From the UHGV virus genome UHGV-1358930: a DNA stretch of 64,000 nucleotides; one strand, written 5' to 3'. The stretch's first letter is position 1, and each line of letters begins with the position of its first letter. Position numbers and translations under genes: made by a program. The DNA comes from a virus. The notes beneath the pieces are model-generated. The model was not told where the DNA came from. It made no database searches and saw nothing but the letters and a program-made list of their open reading frames with translations. Shown in pieces: positions 29,103-39,028 of this stretch.

Positions 29103-30721
29103 TGGCTATATCTCTTACATCTCAGCAGCAGACAGCAGTAAATAGCACCAGTTCTAAGATACTGTGCTTAGCAGGAGCAGGTAGCGGTAAAAGCCGTGTT
29201 CTTGTAGAACGTGCTCATAGACTTGCATCAGAGAGCAATCCTGAGTCCATACTATGTTTGACGTTTACTAACGCAGCAGCAGCTGAAATGAGATCAAGGT
29301 ATAAAGCATGGTATTCAGACGATATCTTACCCATATTCAAAACATTTCATGGATACTGTTATGATCTAATATGCAAAGATGCTAGAATTCGACAAGTGTT
29401 AGGGTATTCTAGTATTCCGACCATTCCGAGCGATCATGTTTTATCTACAATCAAAATAAGCAATTTACTTAAGTTAAGTATATCTGTATCTGAGCAGACA
29501 TTGAAGAAAAAAGCTAGAACTGACATCAAATCTAAATACAAATATGACATATTTTTGAAATCTGTTTATAAGGAATTGATTTCTAAAAACTATATCACAT
29601 TTGATATGATGACAGATATGGTAAGTGAGCTGTTTGAGAAGTCCGATGCATCTGTATCCATATACAAGAAACGTGTGTCTAATATACTGATTGACGAGTT
29701 TCAAGACACTTCACCAGACCAATGGAAGTTCGCTAGCAGCTTTTCAGACGCTGATATATTTGTCGTTGCTGATGAAAGACAAGCTATCTATGCGTTCCGA
29801 GGTGCGGATAGCTCAATCACAAAATCTTTGTTTAAAGACGATGCATTTGAAAAAATATTGTTGGATCATAATTTCAGGTCCACACAACAAATCTGTGACT
29901 ACGCCAACCAAATAATTAAGTCGTCCGGAGAGCCGCTTCACATTGCGCTGAAATCTTCTGTTTCTGGCCCATCTGTGAAAGAAATTCGATCAGATAGCGC
30001 ACCCTTTGTATATCCGTTAGGTAGCAACAATACAGCTAGATTTTTATCTGAATACAGTAAACTCAAAGGTTCAACAGCTTTATTATTCAGAACAAACAAA
30101 GAGGTATCAGAAGCTGTCAGCATGTTATCGGATAATAATATAAAGTATGATGCATACAGAGTAAACTCAAATGATGTAAAGAATTATCTTAGATCTATAA
30201 TAGATGATGAGTTTGCGGTTTCATGGCTATCTGATACGCTGCCGAATATAGCTCAAAGCGAATTCATTCGTCTATCTAATATAGTGCCTCCAGAGGACTC
30301 TAGATACGCTTTGTTTAGATCTAACTTCGCCACGAATGATCCAGTACGTCACCACTGCCAAGTTATTGACAAGTTGCGACTAATATATAACAGTGATACG
30401 TCTACTTCTACTAAAATGGCAGATATATGTGCAGTGTTGAACATCAAAAACATCTCAGAGTTTGACGAAAACATAGACAAAAATATTGAATGTTTGATTG
30501 ATAGTGTTGAAAATCATGATTCCAATATCGGCAATGATTCACAATCGTTATATGTAGGTACAATACATAGTGCTAAGGGACTTGAATGGGACAATGTATT
30601 CTTATGGAATGTCAATTGTTATTCCTTCAAACTTAAATCCGAAGAGGACTGGAACTTGTACTATGTAGGTGCTACAAGAGCAAAACAAAATTTATTTGTA
30701 TTCAAAGGAGAGAACATGTGA
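29099..30721 (+). CDS. UvrD/PcrA-like SF1 helicase, a short 540 aa form.
   Basis: Walker A (GAGSGKS), motif Ia/III-like (LTFTNAAAAEM), motif II (LIDEFQDTS) and motif VI (GTIHSAKGLEWD) are all recognisable. Confidence 0.55.
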   Translation: MMAISLTSQQQTAVNSTSSKILCLAGAGSGKSRVLVERAHRLASESNPESILCLTFTNAAAAEMRSRYKAWYSDDILPIFKTFHGYCYDLICKDARIRQVLGYSSIPTIPSDHVLSTIKISNLLKLSISVSEQTLKKKARTDIKSKYKYDIFLKSVYKELISKNYITFDMMTDMVSELFEKSDASVSIYKKRVSNILIDEFQDTSPDQWKFASSFSDADIFVVADERQAIYAFRGADSSITKSLFKDDAFEKILLDHNFRSTQQICDYANQIIKSSGEPLHIALKSSVSGPSVKEIRSDSAPFVYPLGSNNTARFLSEYSKLKGSTALLFRTNKEVSEAVSMLSDNNIKYDAYRVNSNDVKNYLRSIIDDEFAVSWLSDTLPNIAQSEFIRLSNIVPPEDSRYALFRSNFATNDPVRHHCQVIDKLRLIYNSDTSTSTKMADICAVLNIKNISEFDENIDKNIECLIDSVENHDSNIGNDSQSLYVGTIHSAKGLEWDNVFLWNVNCYSFKLKSEEDWNLYYVGATRAKQNLFVFKGENM

Positions 30722-31104
30722 CGATTTGTAGTAATTTATCTGAGAACAGCAGAAACACTTGTAATCTGCTACGATGTATATCAAGTAGACTATCTAGTCG
30801 AGCTGACTGTAAAGGCATAGAATACGAAGTAACAATATTCGATGATATGTCATTGAACGTGGTTCCGAATGTCTTGATATTTCCCAATACGCATAGACGC
30901 AGACCTTGCGATACGATAAGCATCACGCAGTATGCAATTCTCCACTGCTTATCTCCCGTCTCTATCTGCATTTATCCAGATAAAGTAGTATTGAGCAAGC
31001 ACTGTCTTGTTCCGGGTAAGTACGTATTCAAGCTGTCCGCAGATAAACTAAAACGAAAGTGGATCAACATGACGGAGGTAACATATGAAGTTAAAATCGG
31101 TTGA
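30718..31104 (+). CDS. Cys/Arg-rich small protein of unusual composition.
   Basis: The ORF overlaps the helicase stop and the SbcC start, and is the only long ORF in the 360 nt gap. Whether it is coding is uncertain. Confidence 0.25.
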   Translation: MTICSNLSENSRNTCNLLRCISSRLSSRADCKGIEYEVTIFDDMSLNVVPNVLIFPNTHRRRPCDTISITQYAILHCLSPVSICIYPDKVVLSKHCLVPGKYVFKLSADKLKRKWINMTEVTYEVKIG

Positions 31105-32899
31105 TATTTGGAATATGCACAGCATCAAAAATAAGCATGTTGAGCTGGCAGACAAAAACATCTTAGTCGGTAAAAACGGATCAGGAAAGTCTACTGTATT
31201 GAATGCTATTCAGCTAGCGCTGCTTGGCTACATTCCAGGTACAAACAAACAGAACAGGGATATATTCAACCATGCATGTGCAAGCCCGATGAAGGTTATG
31301 GTTACATTTGATAATGGATACTATATCTGCAGAACGTATACTAAGCAGAAGAACACAGTGAAATGTGATGTAGATACGTTTCCTACAGAGCTTGACATAA
31401 AAGCTATAGTATCCGGTCTTGAGCTTCCGATATTTAACTTCAACGAATTTGTGGCATTAAGTCCGAATATGCTGAAAGATAGATTGATGGAGCTGATCCC
31501 GAGACAAAACTTTGATTTAAGCATAAAAGATGCGATAGCTGACGAATTGGATAAGTTATCTGAAGAGACAAAACACTTGATGACAACAGAACTTGCATCA
31601 ATTGAAACTGACACTGATATCTTATCAGAAATCAAAAAATTACATAAATACACAAAAGACATTGTTTCATTTAAACAGTCTGAAGTCACACGTCTTACGA
31701 ATTCAATTGAATCATCTGTTCAGTATACAGATGTAGACAGCTCATACAACTTAAAGGATGTACAGGCAAAGATCGACTACTATAAGAAGCTCAGAGCAGA
31801 TTCAGCTGAAGTATATAGATGTAATGAAACTATTCAGGCCATTGAATCTCAGCTTGCTGATTTTTCGTTGACAGCGCCGAAAGAAGATAAGTTTCACGAT
31901 GACAGATACAATGAATGGTCGTTTGAACTCACTTGCTATTCGAACAAACGAGATGTGTTGAAAAACGATTTATCTCGTGAAACTGAAAAGATTGCGGAAC
32001 TGAAATATAAGAAGCGGAACTTAGAGCAGAGCCTGAATGCTTCAAATATCTGTCCTATTTTGCATGACGTATGTGATAGATTGACCATAGATAGAGGCGA
32101 GTTAGCAGCACAGCTAGATACCGTTGAGACGGAATTGCTTGCTGCGCAGTATAGATACGCAGATATTACAAGTACCATCAATGATTTAACTTCAAAGATT
32201 GACAAGTTGTCAAAAAATCTAGACGTCTTAGCTACTAACTACGATGTTAAGCAGCAGCTAATCGATCATAAAGCCGCTATCAAGTCTCAGGTGAGGGATA
32301 TGGTTGCTAGTACTGGTCTCAATGCCGAATTTATCGAATCTGAGTTAGATAAGCTTGATAACATTCGAATCAAATTGCTTGCTAACATGGAATACGATAG
32401 AATTATGTCTAAAGTTGTTAAAGATAAGTATCAAGCGGAACTGGATCTGGCAGTACTGAAACGCATTGCAGATAAGTTAGGTCCAAATCAGCTTCAAGCT
32501 GTCGTATCCGCCGCACCATTCGAGTCTGCAAAGCAGATCATTTCAGATAATCTCAAAGCGTGCGGATTGCTTGGAGATGCGTATTTTGTTACAGATGGAG
32601 GCAACAATTCATTTGACTTTGGACTTGTTAGAGATGATTTGCATATCTCTTATAAATCATTGTCATCGGGTGAAAAATGTCTGTACATGTTAGCATTTAT
32701 GACAGCATTACTATCTATGAATGAATGCAGTATCAACCTTTTGCTGTTAGATGATGTATTCGATCACTTAGATAACCAGCACACACAGTTAGCTTTAAGC
32801 TATATCAGCAATGATGCTAATGTGCAATACATTTTTGCCGGCGTAAACAATGTATTTGTTGAGCAGAAATTTGACAACATCGATGTTGTAAATATGTGA
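31085..32899 (+). CDS. SbcC/Rad50-like SMC-family ATPase.
   Basis: An N-terminal Walker A (GKNGSGKST) is separated by a long coiled coil from a C-terminal signature/Walker B (LSSGEKCLYML...LLLLDDVFDHLD). No adjacent Mre11/SbcD is seen. Confidence 0.55.
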   Translation: MKLKSVDIWNMHSIKNKHVELADKNILVGKNGSGKSTVLNAIQLALLGYIPGTNKQNRDIFNHACASPMKVMVTFDNGYYICRTYTKQKNTVKCDVDTFPTELDIKAIVSGLELPIFNFNEFVALSPNMLKDRLMELIPRQNFDLSIKDAIADELDKLSEETKHLMTTELASIETDTDILSEIKKLHKYTKDIVSFKQSEVTRLTNSIESSVQYTDVDSSYNLKDVQAKIDYYKKLRADSAEVYRCNETIQAIESQLADFSLTAPKEDKFHDDRYNEWSFELTCYSNKRDVLKNDLSRETEKIAELKYKKRNLEQSLNASNICPILHDVCDRLTIDRGELAAQLDTVETELLAAQYRYADITSTINDLTSKIDKLSKNLDVLATNYDVKQQLIDHKAAIKSQVRDMVASTGLNAEFIESELDKLDNIRIKLLANMEYDRIMSKVVKDKYQAELDLAVLKRIADKLGPNQLQAVVSAAPFESAKQIISDNLKACGLLGDAYFVTDGGNNSFDFGLVRDDLHISYKSLSSGEKCLYMLAFMTALLSMNECSINLLLLDDVFDHLDNQHTQLALSYISNDANVQYIFAGVNNVFVEQKFDNIDVVNM

Positions 32900-32916
32900 A
32901 TTTAGGAGCAGCTAAA

Positions 32917-33408
32917 ATGACACTAGAAATCGGAAGTATCTACCATGTTAAGGTTATCAAATTGCTTGATAAAGCTATCATAGTTAGATTACCTGACAAC
33001 TCAACAGAATTGATTCATGTATCTAAAATTGCTAATGCATTTGTCAAAGCACCAGAAGAATATGTGTCGATAGATGATGAATTCGACGCTGTTGGAGTTA
33101 AAGGTCAGACCAAGCCTGTTGAATTATCTTTGAGACACTTAGATCTGAAGAAATTTAATGCTACGATAACTGAACCGAAGATTATCGACCCTCCTAGTAA
33201 ACAGAAGCCGAAACAGCATAGTAAGCTATCTCAGAATGCTAGTAATTCAACGAAACCAATACATTCTAAGATCGACAGGAAACTGTCCTTGGATGAGATG
33301 ATCAAGAAAAGCAACAAGCAATTTGAAGATAAGTTTAGAGGTAGGAAAGACTTCACAAAGAAGAACAAGACTCGTAGAAAAAACCAGAGGCCTTACGAAG
33401 AAGATTAA
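32917..33408 (+). CDS. S1-like RNA-binding domain protein with a basic C-terminal tail.
   Basis: The stretch IGSIYHVKVIKLLDKAIIVRLPDNSTELIHVSKI looks like an S1/OB fold. The C-terminus is K/R-rich. Confidence 0.4.
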   Translation: MTLEIGSIYHVKVIKLLDKAIIVRLPDNSTELIHVSKIANAFVKAPEEYVSIDDEFDAVGVKGQTKPVELSLRHLDLKKFNATITEPKIIDPPSKQKPKQHSKLSQNASNSTKPIHSKIDRKLSLDEMIKKSNKQFEDKFRGRKDFTKKNKTRRKNQRPYEED

Positions 33409-33591
33409 CTCTGTATGTCTTCTTGATGCTAAAGTGAATGAACTCGAAATCAAACAAATAGATATTGGCCGAGGATTTTTATCTTCAGCCAATATAAATA
33501 TTCTCAGAAATAGTTATCAAAAAATTAAAATTGCAACGATCGTTAAATAAGTATGTAGCAGAAGAAGGTCAGAGCTTTCGGAAGGAGCTGA

Positions 33592-33801
33592 ATGGTGATG
33601 AAGTCTCAGTCCACTAACTATTACGATCAGATTGATAAGGCAATCAAATCTTACGAACAATCTAGACCGTATCACCCTTTGGGTCCTGATAAAATCTGTG
33701 ATAAAATTGATTGGTGCTGGAAATGGAGAAAAATTTCTGAATGTCAGATGCACAGCCTAGTTGACCGAATAGTGTATCTGATGGACAATAACTTAGTTTG
33801 A
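33592..33801 (+). CDS. Hypothetical small protein.
   Basis: An AAGGAG ribosome-binding site precedes the last AT-rich ORF before the GC-rich RNA island. Confidence 0.3.
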   Translation: MVMKSQSTNYYDQIDKAIKSYEQSRPYHPLGPDKICDKIDWCWKWRKISECQMHSLVDRIVYLMDNNLV

Positions 33802-33868
33802 ATTTAGTTTGATGTTACGGCGTCGCTAAGCGCTAAAACATAGTAGAAACCTTTATTCTATATGATGT

Positions 33869-33942
33869 TGGAGATTGGAGTAATGACAGCACATAGGTCT
33901 TTGACACCTACGGAGTAAGTTCAAATCTTGCATCTCCAGCCA
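33869..33942 (+). tRNA. tRNA-like element with a Gln-type anticodon loop (UUG) and a degenerate D-arm.
   Basis: It has a 7 bp acceptor (tggagat/atctcca) ending in g-CCA, a good T-arm (gtaag-TTCAAAT-cttgc) and an anticodon stem-loop taggt-CTTTGAC-accta. The D-stem is weak. Confidence 0.35.
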
Positions 33943-34446
33943 ACTGTCAATACTTAATTGACTGATGTCAGAGTAATCAGCTAACCTGACAAAGAATGAA
34001 AATGGTCGCCCTCCACCCGGAGGGCGTGGATGGAAATTACGAGATAAGTCCTCGTTATTTACCTTAGGATAGTGGCTAGTTGATAACGCGTAGCGTGACA
34101 ATCTAAGCGGTAAGCTGATGAACTAAATTATTTACAATCGTTAATTAAGTATGTAGCAGCTAGTAAGCTATTACATAGGAGCTCACAATCCTGCCGAAAT
34201 ATCATCTAGAATATTTCCGCGCAAATTGGCTGAAAAGAGTGAGTGGCAAGGAATATGCCAGGAATGATTCCAAAGTTGATAAGCAACTATAACCGGGTGC
34301 AAAACCAATCCCGGTATGATTAGAATCATACTTCTTAATAAGAATTCCGTATATCCTTGATTGAAGTATACGAAATTCGTTGATCCTAAAACGATAGGCG
34401 TTAACACATGTTTTATAGGTGACACCTCGGAAAGACGAGGATATAC

Positions 34447-34522
34447 GCTGGTGTAGCTCAGTTGGTAGAGCAGCTGATTTGTAATCAGCAGGTCAGGGGT
34501 TCGAGTCCGTTCACCAGCTCCA
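34447..34522 (+). tRNA. tRNA-Thr (anticodon UGU).
   Basis: Hand-folded cloverleaf with a 7 bp acceptor, a D-arm gctc/gagc and the anticodon loop tTTGTAa. One T-stem mismatch is present and the gene encodes its CCA. Confidence 0.55.
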
Positions 34523-35275
34523 TATCGGCCGGTTTCGGGTCGTTAGATAAACACAGTGATGTGTATAAAGCATGGTCGATGATTTCTGAACCATGCGACT
34601 GAAGAAGTTCTTCAGTGCAACGGAAAACCAATATTCACTAATCCAAACCTACGGTTGAGGGCAACTGCTAATGCTATGGCTTGGAAGGAGTCATGAAAAA
34701 GGCTCTATATTAACTCGGAAACGAGTGGATGGGAAATTGCTTCGAGGTGCGAATCCTGTTAAGTTCAGTGCTTCGTTGATTTTGAAAGCTCCCTTAAATC
34801 GAAAGATAGGAGCGCTTTCAGTAAAGCCTGTCGATAACAAGACGGCAGAACGGCGACGATTGGGTCGTGCTCAAAAGGTACGAATGGTCAAACGTACACC
34901 TCGTCGTTCATTGGGATCAATACACACTTTAGCTTTCATTAGCACCAGTGGGGTAAACTGTTATATCAAGCAAAAGTGTGTGCGACTTTAGAGAGACAAA
35001 CGACTTATCGTTCTGAAAAATGAACGCGCGTAAAGCTCGCAAGGCAATACGTGAGACAGTACGAGTAGGTGCAACCGTAGGAGACCGCAATCTCCGCACT
35101 CCGCAAGAGGCGATGTGCTAAAAGGAAATCTATAGTGCTTCAGAGTAAGATTTTGCTGGCTTTTACAAAACCAGTGTCGTTGATGCCTACAGCTTAATCG
35201 GCTGTGTGGTCACTCGCTTCCAACGGCGAGAGATGGCATCGTGGCGGGTCAAGATCTCAGCCCGTCGTTCAATAT

Positions 35276-35348
35276 AGTCCAATAGCTTATCACGGTAAAG
35301 CGCGTTTGTAAAACGACGAGTGGCTCGGTTCGAACCCGGCTTGGACAT
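35276..35348 (+). tRNA. tRNA-like pseudogene in which the anticodon arm is replaced by a 5 bp stem with a 3 nt loop.
   Basis: A 6/7 bp acceptor, a D-stem gctt/aagc and a T-arm tcgg-TTCGAAC-ccgg are present. The stretch cgttt-GTA-aaacg forms a tight hairpin in place of an anticodon loop. Confidence 0.3.
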
Positions 35349-35629
35349 CCTATTAGACCCTTGCACGCCTCTCAACGATGCGTACCATGCGAGGGTCGAA
35401 ATTAAATAGTTTTCTTGCCGCATTTGGTACGAAGTATCAAAATATCCGCTGCCTGCGGTAATAGGTGATCTGAATATAGATCAAATTCAGATCAACGGCG
35501 TAGCATTTAACGGGCTTTAGCTACACTACACGGTAAGAGTTGAGAAAGCTGGTTGATGTATCGTGCAAACCTGCGGGTCCACGATCCACAGACGGTTCGC
35601 GATGACTGCTGTAAACGGAATCGCGTTTT

Positions 35630-35721
35630 GGGAATGTACTCAAGTGGTTGAAGAGACCAGTCCTGAAAACTGGGAGGTCGTTCATAGCGGCGCGAGCGTT
35701 CGAATCGCTCCATTCCCGCCA
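35630..35721 (+). tRNA. tRNA-Ser (anticodon UGA), class II with a long variable arm.
   Basis: The acceptor gggaatg/cattccc ends in g-CCA. The D-arm has a 3 bp stem. The anticodon arm is ccagt-CCTGAAA-actgg, the variable arm is 20 nt and the T-arm is gagcg-TTCGAAT-cgctc. Confidence 0.6.
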
Positions 35722-36276
35722 TCCCCGCTCGACGCAACGCGCCTGAGAATGAAACCGATGCAACTTTGGGAGCACGTCACACGGGCGGAAAAGCCGTGCG
35801 TTGCTAAACCTGCTCCAACGTAATGGAGGAAGTCGGAACGGCTAATCCGTCAAGAGCCGAAGAACTGGATCCTAAGCTCATATTCGATAACAACAGAAGC
35901 GTGTAGGTGGCAGCTCGGAAAGACGAGCAAATATAGGTCAGTACAGTGTAATTGGTATCACCCCGGACTGTAAATCCAGCTTGGCCTACTATAGAGATAG
36001 CGCTAAGACCAGCTATCACGGCGTTGAATCAGTGATCAGGTACAAGAAACGCTTAATCTCGAAGCGAAACAGAGTAGCTAAAAGAACTGTACGTTGCATA
36101 GTAGGCAACCAACCGAAATTGGCCGAACTGGCGTGTCGTGTAGCCATGCGACTTTAAATAACAACGGTGGCACCATTACATACAGATGCGCTGCGAGCAA
36201 AGTATGAGAAAGATTATCTTTCTTTTGTCGGTGGGCAGGTTTGAAGTTATCCTGTTGCAGATAAAACTTCAAACAC

Positions 36277-36350
36277 GCCGGTATAGTGTAGTGGTAACAC
36301 CCAATCCTTCCAAGATTGTATTGCGGATTCGAGTTCCGTTACCGGCTCCA
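36277..36350 (+). tRNA. tRNA-Gly (anticodon UCC), copy 1.
   Basis: The cloverleaf has anticodon loop cTTCCaa, discriminator U and an encoded CCA. Confidence 0.55.
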
Positions 36351-36460
36351 GCGCGAGAACGTCACTGACTAAGCGTAGCACAGTGCATGGATAGGAGGGA
36401 AGCTTCATGAGAAACGACGCGCACGCCTTCTAAGTCTTGAAAGGGGGGGGGACTTAGAAA

Positions 36461-36760
36461 ATGAGCAGAAGCTATAAGAAAACGCCGTGGTGCGGAGATA
36501 AGAAAGGCAAATGGAAAAAGCGCAGAGCTTCAAAGGTCGTGCGCGGATATCTCAGGCGCCATATCGAAGATCTGTTCCAAGATGCGCAATACAAGAAAAT
36601 CTACTGTTCACGGTACATATGCGACTACGGGTTCTTATATCCATGGGAAGAGCATTGGACGTATGTGCAGGAAGAGAATTCACATGTGCGTGCGAATGAG
36701 CCAAAACGTTCGAAAGAAGATGAGTACCGCCAGTGGTATCAAGAGTACAAAGCTAAATAA
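36461..36760 (+). CDS. Hypothetical basic protein inside the GC-rich island.
   Basis: A 99 aa K/R-rich ORF. A poly-G9 tract in a hairpin loop sits directly upstream of the start. Confidence 0.3.
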   Translation: MSRSYKKTPWCGDKKGKWKKRRASKVVRGYLRRHIEDLFQDAQYKKIYCSRYICDYGFLYPWEEHWTYVQEENSHVRANEPKRSKEDEYRQWYQEYKAK

Positions 36761-36799
36761 CAATCGGTTATGCGCTCTCCGATAAAAGAGCGCACACGA

Positions 36800-36874
36800 T
36801 GGGCTATGGTGAAAAGGCAACACATCAGACTTTGACTCTGACATTTGTTGGTTCGAGTCCAACTAGCCCAGCCA
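36800..36874 (+). tRNA. tRNA-Gln (anticodon UUG).
   Basis: U1-A72 and G73 match the usual Gln identity features. The anticodon arm is tcaga-CTTTGAC-tctga, the T-arm is gttgg-TTCGAGT-ccaac and the CCA is encoded. Confidence 0.55.
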
Positions 36875-36949
36875 AGTAAAAAGAAGACGTTTTATCTCTC
36901 TTTATCTTTCTGTTTGTGGCATCAGTACAAACAAAATGCCACACAACAT

Positions 36950-37026
36950 GGGAATGTAGCTCAGTAGGTTAGAGCGCATGACTATAGGTCATGAGGTCGA
37001 AGGTTCAAGCCCTTCTGTTCCCTCCA
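36950..37026 (+). tRNA. tRNA with an atypical anticodon arm: loop CTATAGG, apparent anticodon AUA, or alternatively a 6 bp stem with a 5 nt loop.
   Basis: The acceptor, D-arm (gctc/gagc), T-arm (gaagg-TTCAAGC-ccttc) and CCA are all good. The anticodon loop is non-canonical. Confidence 0.4.
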
Positions 37027-37435
37027 AAGCCTATGTCAGTATAGGTCTTGAAATGATAAATAGACCAATACATTATCTTTCTAAAGATAATGTATCTGAT
37101 GAAAAGAGATCATCAACTCTCGGCGAAATATAACTGTTGTGACGAATGTGTCGCTTGACACAAAGAAGTAGCAGGTTCGTCGCTGCGCTTAATCTACTGA
37201 ACTGCAATGTTGATGTAAGCAGTGATAGAGGTTCCCAAACCCATTCAGGGAGATTAAGAAAAAGTTTGCTTATTTAGTAGAAAGAGGGTTGGAGGGGCAC
37301 AGCAAGTAGAATAAATGCAATAGGGCAACAAATTTGAAAGCTAATAAAGGATGTGCTAAGGAGCAGAAGTAACTACCTCTGTCTACTGTGTATTTCTACT
37401 AAATGAGTTTAACTTTTTATTAAGGAGCTTATAGT

Positions 37436-37648
37436 ATGAAAACATATACTTTTATTTGTTATGATAAGTATCCAAAAACAGTTAAAAAGTTCCACACTTT
37501 TAGAAAGCGATTTTCTTCGTTATCAGATATTGCTAAATTCTTAAAATCTTCAAATAAGCTCTATTTGCATGAGCCACTGAAACAGCTATCTAAAAACGAA
37601 TTAGCAATTCTGTCAAAGAAGCTCCGATCGTTAAATAACATCACATGA
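37436..37648 (+). CDS. Hypothetical small basic protein.
   Basis: An AAGGAG ribosome-binding site precedes a 70 aa ORF. Confidence 0.3.
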   Translation: MKTYTFICYDKYPKTVKKFHTFRKRFSSLSDIAKFLKSSNKLYLHEPLKQLSKNELAILSKKLRSLNNIT

Positions 37649-37771
37649 AAAATCAAAATATTTATAAATAAGCTAGAAGGTTTTAATTAAATTTTATTTT
37701 TGACAATTATACTAAAATACTAAATTATCCGTATAATTGAACCTAATATAAATGTAGATAGGAGGTGATAC

Positions 37772-39028
37772 ATGATGAAAACATGGAAGCAAAATCTAAA
37801 ACATCTTACCGTCGATCAATACAATCTGTTAAGAGAATTATGTAGCTTGTCTAGAGCAGTATATAATGAAAGTTTGTATAATATTCGGCAGCATTATTTT
37901 GAAGAAGGTTCTTACTTGAGATATGAAGCAAACTACTATCTTGTAAAGAATTCTGATAATTACAAAAGATTAGGTGCAAATGTTGCTCAGCAATCTATGA
38001 AAGGAGCTGACGCATCCTTCAAATCCTTCTTCGGGTTACAGAAGCTCGCTAAATCCGGCAAGTATCAGGGCTGGAAAATACGAATGCCCAAATATTTGAA
38101 GAAAGATTCGTTTTTCAAAATAGTATTTAGTCAAGCGCAGATATCAGATGACAAATTTCGTGTTCCGGTTTCTTTTGATATGCGAAAAGATTACAAAGAA
38201 CCAATGTTCATAAAAATTCCTCCGCATATTATCGGCAAGAAAATAAGGCAGATTCATATTGTTCCTAAGTACAACGGTAGATACTTTGAAGTTAGATACA
38301 TGTTTGACGATATTGATGTAGAAAAGCCTGAAATCGATGCTACAAGAGCAATGGGAATAGACTTAGGTGTCAATAACTTAGCTACTTGTGTAACCGATAC
38401 AGGTGAGTCTTTCATAATTGATGGTAAGAAATTAAAATCAATAAATCAATGGTACAACAAAGAGTTGGCCAGACTGTCAAGTATTAAAGATAAGCAAAGT
38501 ATCAAAGGTTACACAAAACGCCAATACAACCTGACAACTAAGAGAAACAACAGAGTTAACAACTATATTTATTGTGCAGCTAAGAAAATAGTTAACTACT
38601 GTGTCAATAACAAAATTGGTAATATTGTTGTAGGGTATAATGATGGTTTTCAATCGAGATCCAACTTAGGAAAAGTAAATAACCAAAACTTCGTTATGAT
38701 TCCGTTAGGACGACTGAAGAGCAGACTTGAGTATCTTTGCAATCAACATGGAATCAATTTTGTACTTCAAGAAGAAAGTTACACTTCAAAAGCATCGTTC
38801 TTTGACGATGATAAAATGCCAAAATGGAATCCGCAGAATCCAGAAGAAGCAAAATTTTCGGGAAAACGCGTATACAGAGGATTATACATCACATCAAACA
38901 AAACCAAAATAAACGCAGATGTCAACGCAGCACTAAACATACTAAGAAAAAGTAACTTGACAGACCTAACCGTCTTACAAGCTAGAGGCGCAGTCAGCTC
39001 GCCTTCAAGATGCTATATAGCATCTTGA
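37772..39028 (+). CDS. tnpB: IS605/IS200-family OrfB (TnpB) RNA-guided nuclease homolog with no adjacent TnpA.
   Basis: RuvC-like motifs GIDLGVNNLAT, QEESYTSKASF and INADVNAALNIL are present. The 418 aa size is typical, and a zinc-ribbon region sits near the C-terminus. Confidence 0.65.
   Translation: MMKTWKQNLKHLTVDQYNLLRELCSLSRAVYNESLYNIRQHYFEEGSYLRYEANYYLVKNSDNYKRLGANVAQQSMKGADASFKSFFGLQKLAKSGKYQGWKIRMPKYLKKDSFFKIVFSQAQISDDKFRVPVSFDMRKDYKEPMFIKIPPHIIGKKIRQIHIVPKYNGRYFEVRYMFDDIDVEKPEIDATRAMGIDLGVNNLATCVTDTGESFIIDGKKLKSINQWYNKELARLSSIKDKQSIKGYTKRQYNLTTKRNNRVNNYIYCAAKKIVNYCVNNKIGNIVVGYNDGFQSRSNLGKVNNQNFVMIPLGRLKSRLEYLCNQHGINFVLQEESYTSKASFFDDDKMPKWNPQNPEEAKFSGKRVYRGLYITSNKTKINADVNAALNILRKSNLTDLTVLQARGAVSSPSRCYIAS

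Noticed and set aside
35925-36060. A further tRNA candidate, Tyr-like with loop CTGTAAA, near 35950.
   Set aside because: The anticodon stem has a mismatch, and no matching acceptor 3' strand or T-arm could be found downstream. It is probably a fragment.
33853-36368. Short ORFs on both strands inside the GC-rich island, for example 34671-34991, 35187-35423, 35521-35775, 35563-35823 and 36186-36368.
   Set aside because: They overlap one another and the tRNA or tRNA-like genes, and they lack ribosome-binding sites. Several are simply translations of tRNA sequence. The region is better explained as structured RNA.
33802-36450. Possibility that the GC-rich island is a group I or group II intron, RNase P RNA, tmRNA or an rRNA fragment.
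   Set aside because: I could not find a tmRNA tag-ORF ending in ALAA, group II domain V, or RNase P conserved P4 sequences by eye. This is left open as a cmscan check rather than claimed.
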